NCBI GenBank assembly: GCA_905213155.1
Contig: CAJMHI010000001.1
Location: forward strand, 11,111-75,110
From: an uncultured Acidaminococcus sp.
GTDB taxonomy: Bacteria; Bacillota; Negativicutes; Acidaminococcales; Acidaminococcaceae
DNA length: 64,000 nt
Direction: 5' to 3'
Shown here: positions 20,418-30,049 of the stretch, in pieces
Position numbering within the stretch: the first letter of the stretch is position 1
Layout: every line of letters begins with the position of its first letter
The notes under the pieces: model-generated
The model's database searches: none
Seen by the model: the letters and a program-made list of their open reading frames with translations, nothing else
Told to the model about the DNA's origin: nothing
Program-made: the position numbers and the translations under genes

Positions 20418-20753
20418 ATGAAAAAACGATGGGGTTGGGGGATTGTTTTTATCTGCCTGAGCCTGTTCTTTCTCATGGGTACGGCGCTGGCATCTTCTGC
20501 GATTTCTGATAACGGCACCTTTAAAGGCATTCGACTTGCGGGAAAGGTTCGTGTGGTTGAATTCAACCCCGACATCCGGGTGCAGGTGGTAACAAGTTTT
20601 CCTGACCTGAACGTCAAGGTTGTGGATCATTTTCCCAGTGACATCGGGGAATGGCAGTTTGTGGAATACGGAGAAGACTTTACCATACAATTTGTGACAA
20701 GCTTTCCCGATATCCGCATCAAATACGTCAGTTCTTTCCCTGGGGTTGCCTAA
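20418..20753 (+). CDS. Small secreted repeat protein, probable 7(1) septoil-knot family
   Basis: Signal peptide then ~11-aa repeats (V-V-x-x-F-P-D) around GEWQFV. Confidence 0.7.
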   Translation: MKKRWGWGIVFICLSLFFLMGTALASSAISDNGTFKGIRLAGKVRVVEFNPDIRVQVVTSFPDLNVKVVDHFPSDIGEWQFVEYGEDFTIQFVTSFPDIRIKYVSSFPGVA

Positions 20754-20759
20754 CTGCAA

Positions 20760-20798
20760 AAAAAGAAGACACAGGCTAAAGCGGTCTGTGTCTTTTTG
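20760..20798. terminator. Bidirectional terminator
   Basis: AAGACACAG/CTGTGTCTT stem flanked by A and T runs between convergent genes. Confidence 0.75.
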
Positions 20799-20813
20799 CT
20801 ATTATGGCCTTTT

Positions 20814-21683
20814 CTAACTGCTTTGCAAAAATTGGATGAAGCGTTTAGCGGCGCCCTGGCAGTTTTCCCCTTTCAGGGTTGTTAAATACATGTGACGGGT
20901 AATGCTGTCGCCGGGCAGGGGGAGTCGCTGGATTTGGTAAGTTTCCATAATCACATCAGACCAGGGAATCAGGGCGCACCCAAAGCCGTGTTCTACCAGG
21001 GAAGCAATGGCATCTTCTGTAGGCGCCCGATAACTAAAGGTAAGCGAACTATTGCGGCGGCCAGCCACCTCCTGCAGCATTTCATCCATAACGGAATGTT
21101 CCTCATAGCCGATGAGTGGCTGCGTCACCAACGTTTCCCAGGTGAGCGTGGATTTAAGTGACGCTGTTTTGGGAGCAATGAATACCAGTGGTTGGGAGAT
21201 CAGCGGGACTTGCTCCACGTCTTCATCGCTGCTTTTGGAGCAAAGTAAAAAATCAAATAAGCCATTTTTTAAACGGCGGATCAGTTCGGCTGTATTGGCT
21301 GTTGAAAATTCAAAACGGACATGGCCATTTTCTGGTTTTTGCAGAAAGGCCCGCATTCTTTCGGGAAAATAATGACGCAAAAGCGGTGTAATACATCCGA
21401 GACGAATCATGGTCTCCCGGTTTTCTGCCAGGCGGCGCATATGGACTTTTGTCTCATCCAGCTCTTTCAGTACTTTTTTAACATGCTCCCAAAAGGCTTC
21501 TCCCTCTGCAGTGAGTTCCATTCGGTGCCCTTTACGGGAAAACAAAGAAATTCCCAGTTCTTTTTCTAGCTTTGCCAGAGAAACGCTCAGGCTGGGCTGG
21601 GAAATAAAGAGCTTTTCGGCTGCCTGTCCCATATTCTTGCAATCCGCCAGGGTGTTGAAATACAAGATTTGATTCAGCGTCAT
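20814..21683 (-). CDS. LysR-family transcriptional regulator
   Basis: AAEKLFISQPSLS...LEKELG.LF.R HTH. Confidence 0.95.
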   Translation of the reverse strand: MTLNQILYFNTLADCKNMGQAAEKLFISQPSLSVSLAKLEKELGISLFSRKGHRMELTAEGEAFWEHVKKVLKELDETKVHMRRLAENRETMIRLGCITPLLRHYFPERMRAFLQKPENGHVRFEFSTANTAELIRRLKNGLFDFLLCSKSSDEDVEQVPLISQPLVFIAPKTASLKSTLTWETLVTQPLIGYEEHSVMDEMLQEVAGRRNSSLTFSYRAPTEDAIASLVEHGFGCALIPWSDVIMETYQIQRLPLPGDSITRHMYLTTLKGENCQGAAKRFIQFLQSS

Positions 21684-21818
21684 AACGCCCTCCATGAATC
21701 AAAATAGTTTAAAACTATAAAAATATAGTTTTTTAATATTTGCTTTATTATACTACGAAAGCTATACTTAAACTATAAGAAAAGTATGGAAATATCCATA
21801 ACGGAGGAGGAAACTATC

Positions 21819-22997
21819 ATGATAAATGAGAAAAAGACTGTGGTTGTGGGAACCCTTGGGGCCGGCTATGCAGCGCACCTCCATGGAAACGGGTATGCTA
21901 AGGTAAACGGCGTGAATGTACGTCTGAAAACGATTTGTGATATTAAAGCGGACCTGGCTGAAAAAGTCAAAGCGGCTTATGGATATGAACAGATTTGTAC
22001 CGACTATGACAAGATGTTGGCGGATCCGGAAATTGATGTGGTGGATATTGTGACGCCGCCGTTTAACCACGTGGCCATGGCTGTCAAAGCACTTAGAGCG
22101 GGTAAGCATGTCATCTGCGAAAAGCCCCTGACCGGCTATTTTGGGAAAAAAGGGGAAGAACAGGTAGGCAAAACACCTAAGACGAAAATGTATCAGGAAG
22201 TTCTCCGCTCCATGGAAGAATTAAAACAAGTCATGGCGGGAACGGACCGTAAGTTTTTCTATGCGGAAAACTTTGTGTATGCTACCCCGGTACAAAAAGC
22301 AGCAGAAATTATTCGGGCAAAAAAGAGCAAAGTTCTCTTTATGAAAGGGGAAGAAAGCTTGAAGGGCTCCAGCTCTCCCCTAGCTGGCAAATGGAGCGGC
22401 ACCGGCGGTGGTACGCTAATCCGTACCGGGACCCATCCTCTTTCCGGGATGCTGTGGCTTAAGCAGCAGGAAGCCTGGGCAAGAGGAGAAGTGATTACAG
22501 TAAAAAGTGTTACTGCCGACTGCGGTACGGCAACCCGCTGTCTGAATGAATACGAGCATCGGCACATTGCCGCCCGCCCCGAAGATGTGGAGGATTTTGG
22601 GACCATTATCCTGACCTTCTCCGATGGCACCAAGTGCATGACCATTGCTTCTGATACGGTACTGGGCGGAACCAAAAACTATATTGAAGTGTATAGCAAT
22701 GACAGTGCCCTGCTATGCAACATCACACCCACGGATCTGTTAAATACCTATCTATTGGATGAAGATGGGATGGAAAACGTGGAAATCTCTGAAATGCTGC
22801 CGAAAAAACTGGGCTGGAACAAAGCCTTTGTGTCTGACGAAGTCATCCGGGGCTATACAGGAGAACTCCAGGACTTTATGGAAGCCGTTGCCTATGACCG
22901 GGAGGCAGCCTCTGGGTTTGACCTGGCCTATGAAACCATTAAGGTGATGTATGCCGCCTATCTGGCAGCAGAAGAAGGCAGACGGGTCGAGCTGTAA
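21819..22997 (+). CDS. Gfo/Idh/MocA-family oxidoreductase
   Basis: GAGYAA, GKHVICEKP, GGGTL...H; divergent from LysR. Confidence 0.9.
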   Translation: MINEKKTVVVGTLGAGYAAHLHGNGYAKVNGVNVRLKTICDIKADLAEKVKAAYGYEQICTDYDKMLADPEIDVVDIVTPPFNHVAMAVKALRAGKHVICEKPLTGYFGKKGEEQVGKTPKTKMYQEVLRSMEELKQVMAGTDRKFFYAENFVYATPVQKAAEIIRAKKSKVLFMKGEESLKGSSSPLAGKWSGTGGGTLIRTGTHPLSGMLWLKQQEAWARGEVITVKSVTADCGTATRCLNEYEHRHIAARPEDVEDFGTIILTFSDGTKCMTIASDTVLGGTKNYIEVYSNDSALLCNITPTDLLNTYLLDEDGMENVEISEMLPKKLGWNKAFVSDEVIRGYTGELQDFMEAVAYDREAASGFDLAYETIKVMYAAYLAAEEGRRVEL

Positions 22998-23020
22998 ATT
23001 TTATATGAAAAAACAATGCA

Positions 23021-23046
23021 GGAGGAGTCTTTTTAAGGCTCCTCCT
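23021..23046 (+). terminator. Hairpin, probable terminator
   Basis: GGAGGAGTCT/GGCTCCTCC inverted repeat. Confidence 0.55.
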
Positions 23047-23238
23047 AAAATTATGACTCAAAATTTGCATATTTTCTCTATCGTGTCACAACAAACGTGG
23101 AAAATAGATAGTTTTTTATAATTTTATTGTATTTTTGTGCAAATAGGTGTATGATAAGTCCATCTTAATACTTTAATTCGCTGGAGCGGAGAGAAAAATA
23201 ACTGCGCTGGAGAACTGGAGTAAAAGGGGAGGATAGAA

Positions 23239-24645
23239 ATGGCAGAAGTAAAAGCAGAAGAAAAGAAATCCCGGTTTGTACTGCCCCATATTTACGTCCT
23301 GCTGTTCGGCGTTATCGTGGTATGTGCTGTTTTGACCTGGATCTTGCCCGCAGGGGAATTTGACCGTGTGACCAATGCCACAGGGCAAAAACTGGTGGTG
23401 CCTGGTACTTTTCATTTGGTAGAAGGAAATCCCGTTGGGATTTTTGGCATGTTTAAATGTATCTATGACGGGCTTTGCAATGCAGCGCCGGTCACTATGT
23501 TTACCTTTGTGGCCTACGCTTTTATCGGCCTGATTATCGGCACGGGCGCCTTTGATGGCCTGGTGGCAGGGTTATTAAAGGTCTTTAAGGGCAAAACAAA
23601 AGTCGCCATCATCCCGATTTTTATTACGCTCATTGGCTTTGCGTCTTCTACCATTGGCGTGTTTGAGGAAACATTCCCGTTTATCCCTATCTTTGTAGGC
23701 ATTTCCATTGCACTGGGCTATGATGCCATTGTGGGTATGGCGATTGTGTCGCTCGCGGCGGCCATTGGGTATTCCGGCGCCTTTATGAATCCTTTTACCG
23801 TAGGGACGGCGCAGAGCATTGCCGGGCTTCCCATTATGAGCGGGGCGGGATACCGAATCTTTTGCCATCTTTGCATGATTGTGGTAGCTTCAATTTATAC
23901 CATCCGCTATGCCTTAAAAATAGAAAAAGATCCCACAAAGAGTCTTGTGTATGGCGATCCCAATGATTTTGCTATCAACCGGGCTGATGTAGAACAACAC
24001 CGTTTCGGGATCCGGGAAAAGCTGGTGCTGCTGGTGCTGGCAACGGGTATCGGTATTCTTGTCTATGGCACTAAAACCTATGGCTGGTATTTCAAGGAAT
24101 TGTCAGCGCTCTTTATGATTATGGGGCTTTTGTCCGCTGTGATTATCGGCTGGAGTCCCAATGAAATTGCCCGGCGCCTGACCAAAAGCTTTGAAGATAT
24201 TGCCATGGCTTGTATGATGATCGGTTTTGCCCGTGGGGTGCTGATGGTCATGCAACAGGGCAAAGTGATTGATACTTTTGTCTATGGCATGTCCCTGCCG
24301 CTGGCGTCGTTGCCGCCGGTCTTATCCGCTGAGTGCATGCTACTGGTGCAGACCTTGCTGAACTTCCTGATTCCTTCCGGGAGCGGCCAGGCGGTGGTCA
24401 GCATGCCCATTATGGCACCGCTGGCAGACTTGCGCCATTTGCCACGGCAGCTGGCTGTTTTGTGCTTCCAGTACGGCGATGGGTTGTCCAATATCTTGTG
24501 GCCTACCGCATTTGCACCGGTATGTTCTGCCATCGCAGGCGTGAAAGTGAACAAGTGGTGGCAATGGTTTATCCCCTTGTTCCTCCTATTGCTCCTTACC
24601 CAAATGGGCACCGTGGCATTGGCCCTTATCATCGGCTGGCAGTAA
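23239..24645 (+). CDS. YfcC/DcuC-like transporter
   Basis: PHIYVLL, LTWILPAGEF, NPFTVG.AQ.IA, PSGSGQA, QYGDG..N. Confidence 0.9.
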   Translation: MAEVKAEEKKSRFVLPHIYVLLFGVIVVCAVLTWILPAGEFDRVTNATGQKLVVPGTFHLVEGNPVGIFGMFKCIYDGLCNAAPVTMFTFVAYAFIGLIIGTGAFDGLVAGLLKVFKGKTKVAIIPIFITLIGFASSTIGVFEETFPFIPIFVGISIALGYDAIVGMAIVSLAAAIGYSGAFMNPFTVGTAQSIAGLPIMSGAGYRIFCHLCMIVVASIYTIRYALKIEKDPTKSLVYGDPNDFAINRADVEQHRFGIREKLVLLVLATGIGILVYGTKTYGWYFKELSALFMIMGLLSAVIIGWSPNEIARRLTKSFEDIAMACMMIGFARGVLMVMQQGKVIDTFVYGMSLPLASLPPVLSAECMLLVQTLLNFLIPSGSGQAVVSMPIMAPLADLRHLPRQLAVLCFQYGDGLSNILWPTAFAPVCSAIAGVKVNKWWQWFIPLFLLLLLTQMGTVALALIIGWQ

Positions 24646-24673
24646 AAGTGACATAATATAAAAAATGCATAGA

Positions 24674-24721
24674 AAAAACGAGGAAAAGAGACGTTAGCAA
24701 AAATATCTTTTCCTCGTTTTT
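24674..24721. terminator. Bidirectional terminator
   Basis: AAAACGAGGAAAAGA/TCTTTTCCTCGTTTT. Confidence 0.8.
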
Positions 24722-24740
24722 GTACTTTTAGGATAGGGAA

Positions 24741-25370
24741 TCAAAGGGTACGGAAGACGGCGATGACGCGGCCTTTAATTTCAATATTGTCCGTGCCCAC
24801 AATGGGGTCATAGGCTTCGTTCTCTGGCTGCAAGCGGATTTGTTTCAGTTCCCGGAAGTACCGCTTAACAGTGGTTTCTTCCCGATCAATCAGGGCGACT
24901 ACGATATCCCCGTTGGTGGCATAATTCTGCTTCCGGACGAAGATATAGTCATGATCCAGGATACCGGCATTTTTCATGCTGTCACCTTCTACCACCATCA
25001 TGAACACATCTTCTCTGCAGCCAATCAGATCCAGTGGAATGGGGTAGGTGTCCTCAATATTTTCTACTGCCAGCATCGGATCTCCGGCATGCACGGCTCC
25101 CACCAGGGGAACCGGAACCATGCTTTTTTTGCGCCAGCCAACTTCCTGGGTAAGCCCATAGGTACGGGGCTTTTCCGGATCCCAGGTGACAAAACCCGCT
25201 TCTGCCAATTTTTTGAGGTTGTTGTGAACGGAGGCGCTGGAAGAAAGGCCCACGGCTTTTCCGATTTCCCGTACGGACGGAGGATAGCCGTTAGAAAAAA
25301 TATATTGTTTGATAAATTCCAGAATACTGCTCTGCCGTGCGTTGATGACTTTGCTGGGTTCTTGTTCCAT
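24741..25370 (-). CDS. lexA: SOS repressor LexA
   Basis: GYPPSVREIG, VHAG (Ala-Gly cleavage site), GDSM, TVK. Confidence 0.97.
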   Translation of the reverse strand: MEQEPSKVINARQSSILEFIKQYIFSNGYPPSVREIGKAVGLSSSASVHNNLKKLAEAGFVTWDPEKPRTYGLTQEVGWRKKSMVPVPLVGAVHAGDPMLAVENIEDTYPIPLDLIGCREDVFMMVVEGDSMKNAGILDHDYIFVRKQNYATNGDIVVALIDREETTVKRYFRELKQIRLQPENEAYDPIVGTDNIEIKGRVIAVFRTL

Positions 25371-25458
25371 GATTTCCGTTCTCCTTGTATATCACTAGAT
25401 TAGTCTGGTTTTGGTTCCGAGCTGTGCAAAATGGGCACACAGGCCCTAAATCAAATAA

Positions 25459-25500
25459 AGTATAACAAGGATTTTACCGCCTGTCAAACAGGCGTTTGAC
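25459..25500 (-). promoter_or_regulatory. lexA promoter with overlapping palindromic operator
   Basis: Minus strand TTGACA-17-TGnTATACT; GTCAAAC-AGGC-GTTTGAC (25483-25500) overlaps the -35. Confidence 0.75.
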
Positions 25501-25538
25501 AAAAAAGACTCCCCGAGGGGAGCCTTTTGCTGGGAGGT

Positions 25539-26492
25539 CTATTTTACGAACAGACTGTCCACATCCACTTTCTTTTCCATCATGCCGGATTCCACCAAAA
25601 AGTCCTGCGTTTTTTTCAAAGAAGCAATGGCTTCCGGTGTAATCTCCATGCTGAAGTCATACAAGGGCGCCATATCTTTAACCGCCTGCAAGGGTAAATC
25701 CGTCGCCTTGGCGGTCATGTTTTCTGCCGCAGTGGGGTTTTTCTTAATAAAGTCCAGGGTTTCTTTCTGGACTGCCAGGAAGGTATCCACCAGATCTTTA
25801 TGTTCTTTATAAAATTTTCCGCTGACAGCTGTAACGGTAAGGCCGGACACCAAGTTTTCACCCGTCGTAACGATATGGGCCCCTTTCCTTTCCATGGTGT
25901 AGGCCATAGGGCCGGCAAGAAGTGCACAATCGGCGCTGCCATTGATCAGGGCTGCTGCGGCCTGGGGAATGCCCATATTCACAAACTTAACGTCTTTCAT
26001 GGAAAGGCCGCCTTGTTTCAGATAGGCTACCAGCAGTTCGTTTAAAATCGTTCCTTTAGGCCCGGCAATGGTCTTTCCTTTTAGATCTGCAGGGCTTTTG
26101 ATGGTAGTGTCCTTGGAAAACAGACGGAAAGCCTTCGGTGCCTGAGAATACAGGCTGACGATTTTAATATCGGCCCCGTTGGCAGCGGATAAAAGGACGG
26201 AAGAACCACCGACGCAGTTCAAGAATTGGATATCGCCGCTGGCAAGGGCGGCAGTTTGGTCGGCTCCGGAAGTAATGGTGGAATAGCTGGCGGTAATATC
26301 TTTTTCCTTGAATTTCCGCTCAAAGCTTTGCTGCTGTTTCTCCACAATGGATGGGATATTAAGCGGCGCCTGTACATAGGTTAGGCTGACCTTATCCACT
26401 TTGGAAGAAAGCGGGTTACTGCAGCCGCCTACGATGGCTGACGCAGCTAGTAAAAATACGCAAAGTGCGGCGCTCCACTTTTTTTTTATCAT
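25539..26492 (-). CDS. ABC substrate-binding lipoprotein, SsuA/TauA/NitT family
   Basis: Lipobox VGGC; ALASGDI, DLKGKTIA. Start approximate. Confidence 0.85.
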   Translation of the reverse strand: MIKKKWSAALCVFLLAASAIVGGCSNPLSSKVDKVSLTYVQAPLNIPSIVEKQQQSFERKFKEKDITASYSTITSGADQTAALASGDIQFLNCVGGSSVLLSAANGADIKIVSLYSQAPKAFRLFSKDTTIKSPADLKGKTIAGPKGTILNELLVAYLKQGGLSMKDVKFVNMGIPQAAAALINGSADCALLAGPMAYTMERKGAHIVTTGENLVSGLTVTAVSGKFYKEHKDLVDTFLAVQKETLDFIKKNPTAAENMTAKATDLPLQAVKDMAPLYDFSMEITPEAIASLKKTQDFLVESGMMEKKVDVDSLFVK

Positions 26493-26520
26493 CAATGTTA
26501 TCAAATCCTTTCTATGTGAT

Positions 26521-27207
26521 TTATTCCAGGGCAGTAAGCAGCCTGCGCTTTTCCGCTATAAAGACAGGGGATAACAGGTCACGTGCCGTTTTTTCTTCTT
26601 CCAGCCGGGCGCTATAGGCAATGCGGTCATTTTTCAAGACCAGTAAACGGTCGCCTAAGGTCAAGGCTTCGTCTATATTATGAGTCACCAAAATAGTACC
26701 AATCTGTACTTTTTCCTCTAAATGAAGCAGCTCCTGTTGCATCTGCGTCCTGGTGAAGGGATCAAGAGCTGCAAAGGGTTCATCCATGAGAATCATCTGG
26801 CTATGCATGGCCAGCGTTCGTGCGAGAGATGTCCGCTGCTGCATCCCGCCGGAAAGGGCACCAGGATAGAGATCTTGTGCTTTGGTTAAGCCGGTCATCT
26901 GCAGCAGGGATTGCAACTCTTCAGAAGAGTAATGGTTACCCATGCCAAGGGCAATATTTTCTCCGCAGGTCAGCCAGGGAAAGAGTCTTGCTTCCTGGAA
27001 CATCATACCAAGAGTAAGCCCTTCCGGCCGTAGGATCGTGCCGCTGTCCGGCGTCTCCAGCCCAGCCAGTAGCCGTAGCAGCGTCGTTTTGCCGCAGCCG
27101 CTTTTTCCCAGAATCACCGTACAGCGATTTTCGGGAAAGGATGCCTCCAGATGCTGCAAGACGGTATTTGCCCCGTAGGCTTTATTTATATTGTGCAATT
27201 CAATCAT
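26521..27207 (-). CDS. ABC ATP-binding protein, SsuB-like
   Basis: GKSGCGKT, LSGGMQQR, MDEPF. Confidence 0.9.
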   Translation of the reverse strand: MIELHNINKAYGANTVLQHLEASFPENRCTVILGKSGCGKTTLLRLLAGLETPDSGTILRPEGLTLGMMFQEARLFPWLTCGENIALGMGNHYSSEELQSLLQMTGLTKAQDLYPGALSGGMQQRTSLARTLAMHSQMILMDEPFAALDPFTRTQMQQELLHLEEKVQIGTILVTHNIDEALTLGDRLLVLKNDRIAYSARLEEEKTARDLLSPVFIAEKRRLLTALE

Positions 27208-27964
27208 GAGATGCCTTTCGTTCATAGGGCAAAAGCCACCAGGTCAGGCAGGAAAAGATACCATCCAGCAAGAGCCCAAGGGCTCCGATCACTAAAATCC
27301 CAATGATCACTTTATCACTGCGGCTCATAGCCTGTGCGTCCAAAATGAGATAGCCGAGGCCGCTGTCACTGGCTACCATTTCCGCACCGATTATAGCCCG
27401 AAGGCTGTAGCCCATTCCTAGTTTCAGTCCTGTTAAGATATTGGGCAGGGCAGCGGGGAGCCGGATCTTTCGTAAGGTTTCCAACGGGGTAAATCCCAGT
27501 ATTTTCCCCACTTCTAATAATTTACTGTCACAGTGGCGGAAGCCGTCATCCATATTCAGGTACATAGGGAAAAAAGAAGCAAGCACAATAATAATGGTCT
27601 TTGGCAGTTCACCAATGCCAAACCATAAAATCAGCAGCGGAATCAGGGAAATAGGCGGTACATGCCGCAACACTTCTAATATCCCGCTGTACCAGCGGCG
27701 CAGATGAGGATAAAGCAGCCCCAGGCTGCTGCAAATAATGGACAGCAAAAATGCCCAGCCAAAGCCCCACAAAATGCGCCGCAGGCTGATAAGAATGTGG
27801 CGCGGAAGCTCTCCCGTGCGCAGCATTTTATACCCTGTCTGCCAAACTGTTTCGGGAGCGGGGAGAATATAGGCGGTCCAAAGGTTGCCGGCGCTGGCGC
27901 CCTGCCACAAAAGGAGCAGCAGGATAAAAGGGATAAGACTGGTAAGGCTGGTAAAGCGTTTCAT
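27200..27964 (-). CDS. ABC permease, SsuC-like
   Basis: PLLILWFGIGE, LPAALP, AEMVA.GLGY. Confidence 0.9.
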   Translation of the reverse strand: MKRFTSLTSLIPFILLLLLWQGASAGNLWTAYILPAPETVWQTGYKMLRTGELPRHILISLRRILWGFGWAFLLSIICSSLGLLYPHLRRWYSGILEVLRHVPPISLIPLLILWFGIGELPKTIIIVLASFFPMYLNMDDGFRHCDSKLLEVGKILGFTPLETLRKIRLPAALPNILTGLKLGMGYSLRAIIGAEMVASDSGLGYLILDAQAMSRSDKVIIGILVIGALGLLLDGIFSCLTWWLLPYERKASHD

Positions 27965-28027
27965 CCTGTGTCTCCTTTCGTCAGGCTGCATAGAAAAGCC
28001 GCATCAAGCGATGCGGCCTACTGATTG

Positions 28028-29545
28028 TTACGTCTGCGGACTTTCCAGGTCCTTGTCTTTTTCCTTCTTGAAGAATTTCATCACGAAGGGGGAGAGCAGG
28101 GACAACAGGCAAAGGCCCAGCAAAATCTTGCAAATATTGGTAGAAAGGAGAATGCTAAGATCCCCACCGGATAGGCTGAGGCTCCGGCGCAGTCCTCTTT
28201 CGCCCAAGGGGCCAAGAATGAGAGCCAGCACAACGGCGGCGGTATTCATGTTGGTTTTGCGCATTAGGTACCCGATGATTCCGAAGATGAACATGATTTC
28301 TACGTCAAAAACGCTGTTATTGATGGCAAAGGAACCTACTACGCACAGCACAAAAATACAGGGAATCAGGATTGCGTCTGATACCCGGGCAATCTTGGCA
28401 AAAAGACGAGCCCCGATCAGGCCAATCACCAGCATGAAGAACTGGATAAACACAAACCCGCCAAAGAAGGTGTAGGTCATTTCCGCATACTTGGTAAAGA
28501 GCTCCGGTCCTGGCTGCAAGCCGTGAATAATCAGTCCGCCCATAAGCACAGCCGTAACACTTTCACCTGGGATACCCAGGGTCAGTGTCGGAATCAGGGA
28601 GCCGCCGGTTACCGCATTGTTGGCAGCTTCGCTGCCGGCTACCCCTTCCATGGAGCCATGGCCAAAAAGTTCTTTGTGTTTGGAAAAGCGCTTGGCTTCA
28701 TTGTAGCCCATAAAGCAGGCAATGGAAGCGCCGGCGCCTGGTAAAATACCAATGATATTCCCGATAATCCAGGAACGCAGGATGGTGGGCGTCAGCATTT
28801 TCAGCTCGGAGAAGCTAAGAAGAATCTTGTCTTTAAATTTCGCCGCAAGTCCCCGCTGCACAATGGCCTTTTCCGCCAGAATAAAGGCCTGGCTCATGGA
28901 AAAAAGTCCAATCAGGGCACAGGTGATATTGACACCATTATAAAGAGCATCCTGGCCGAACATAAAACGTTCTGCGCCTTCCATAGGATCCATCCCGATG
29001 GTGGAGATTACAAGACCAAAAGCGCCGCTGATCAGTCCCAGAATCATGGAATCTGTATTAATCCCGGCGATAATGGTAAGACCAAAAAGGCTCAGCCAGA
29101 AATATTCAGGACTGCCAAACTCCATAGCAAGGCGTGCCAAAAGCGGTGCGAAAAAGTACAGGGAAATGCAGCTTAATAAACCACCAAAAAAAGAAGCGGT
29201 GCAGGCTGTTCCCAGTGCTTTACCTGCCTGGCCTTTTAAGGTCATGGCATAGCCATCAATGGCTGTTGCAGCAGAAGCCGGGGTACCTGGCGTATGAATT
29301 AAGATGGCAGAAATCGAGCCGCCAAAAATAGCACCGCAGTAAATCCCGCCCAGCATAATTAGCCCCGTGGAAGGATCCATCCCGAAGGTCAGCGGGAGCA
29401 GCAGTGCCACCCCCATGGCAGCAGATAATCCCGGCATACAGCCGATGATAATTCCCATGGTAACACTGGCAGCCATGGTTACGATATTCAGCGGCGTCAG
29501 GGCATTGACCAGTCCCATCAGCATAAGTACATATTGATTATCCAT
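28028..29545 (-). CDS. tctA: Tripartite tricarboxylate transporter permease TctA
   Basis: GCMPGL, PGTPAS, E.ANNA, PTLTLGIPG, GLQPGP. Confidence 0.93.
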   Translation of the reverse strand: MDNQYVLMLMGLVNALTPLNIVTMAASVTMGIIIGCMPGLSAAMGVALLLPLTFGMDPSTGLIMLGGIYCGAIFGGSISAILIHTPGTPASAATAIDGYAMTLKGQAGKALGTACTASFFGGLLSCISLYFFAPLLARLAMEFGSPEYFWLSLFGLTIIAGINTDSMILGLISGAFGLVISTIGMDPMEGAERFMFGQDALYNGVNITCALIGLFSMSQAFILAEKAIVQRGLAAKFKDKILLSFSELKMLTPTILRSWIIGNIIGILPGAGASIACFMGYNEAKRFSKHKELFGHGSMEGVAGSEAANNAVTGGSLIPTLTLGIPGESVTAVLMGGLIIHGLQPGPELFTKYAEMTYTFFGGFVFIQFFMLVIGLIGARLFAKIARVSDAILIPCIFVLCVVGSFAINNSVFDVEIMFIFGIIGYLMRKTNMNTAAVVLALILGPLGERGLRRSLSLSGGDLSILLSTNICKILLGLCLLSLLSPFVMKFFKKEKDKDLESPQT

Positions 29546-29559
29546 AACGTTTTACCCCC

Positions 29560-30018
29560 TTATAGAAATTCCGACAGCAGTTCGCCCGGAGGCAGGGGAA
29601 CGTTAAGAAATTCGCTAAAGACTATATAAATGAGCGCCAAAAGTACCACCAGGGTAAGCACAATGTATTTTTGGGGAATATGGAAAAACAGTAGCATGCC
29701 GCCCAGATACAAGATGGCTGCAGGATAAAATCCAATCAGATACATGGCAATAAAAAAAGCGATACAGCTGCCAGCCATGACAAAAAACTGTTTGGGCAAA
29801 AACCCCTTCCATACTTCTGGCAGATCATTGACAAGCGCCAGATGACCGTGGCAGCTGACCACCATTTTGATCAGCTGCAGCACGGTCAAAACCGCCAAAA
29901 GGCCAATGACAAATTTGGGATAGTGCTGGGCTGCCGGCGGCAGTTCCAGCGTTTGGTTGTAGAAGAACCCACAAAATCCCAACATGAAAATAACAATACA
30001 AAGTTCCGATTTTTTCAT
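29560..30018 (-). CDS. tctB: Tripartite tricarboxylate transporter TctB
   Basis: 4-5 TM, F..FLNVPLP.G; lies between tctA and tctC. Confidence 0.85.
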   Translation of the reverse strand: MKKSELCIVIFMLGFCGFFYNQTLELPPAAQHYPKFVIGLLAVLTVLQLIKMVVSCHGHLALVNDLPEVWKGFLPKQFFVMAGSCIAFFIAMYLIGFYPAAILYLGGMLLFFHIPQKYIVLTLVVLLALIYIVFSEFLNVPLPPGELLSEFL

Positions 30019-30049
30019 AGTTGAAGTTCCTTACAGGCGGTTTCGTTTC

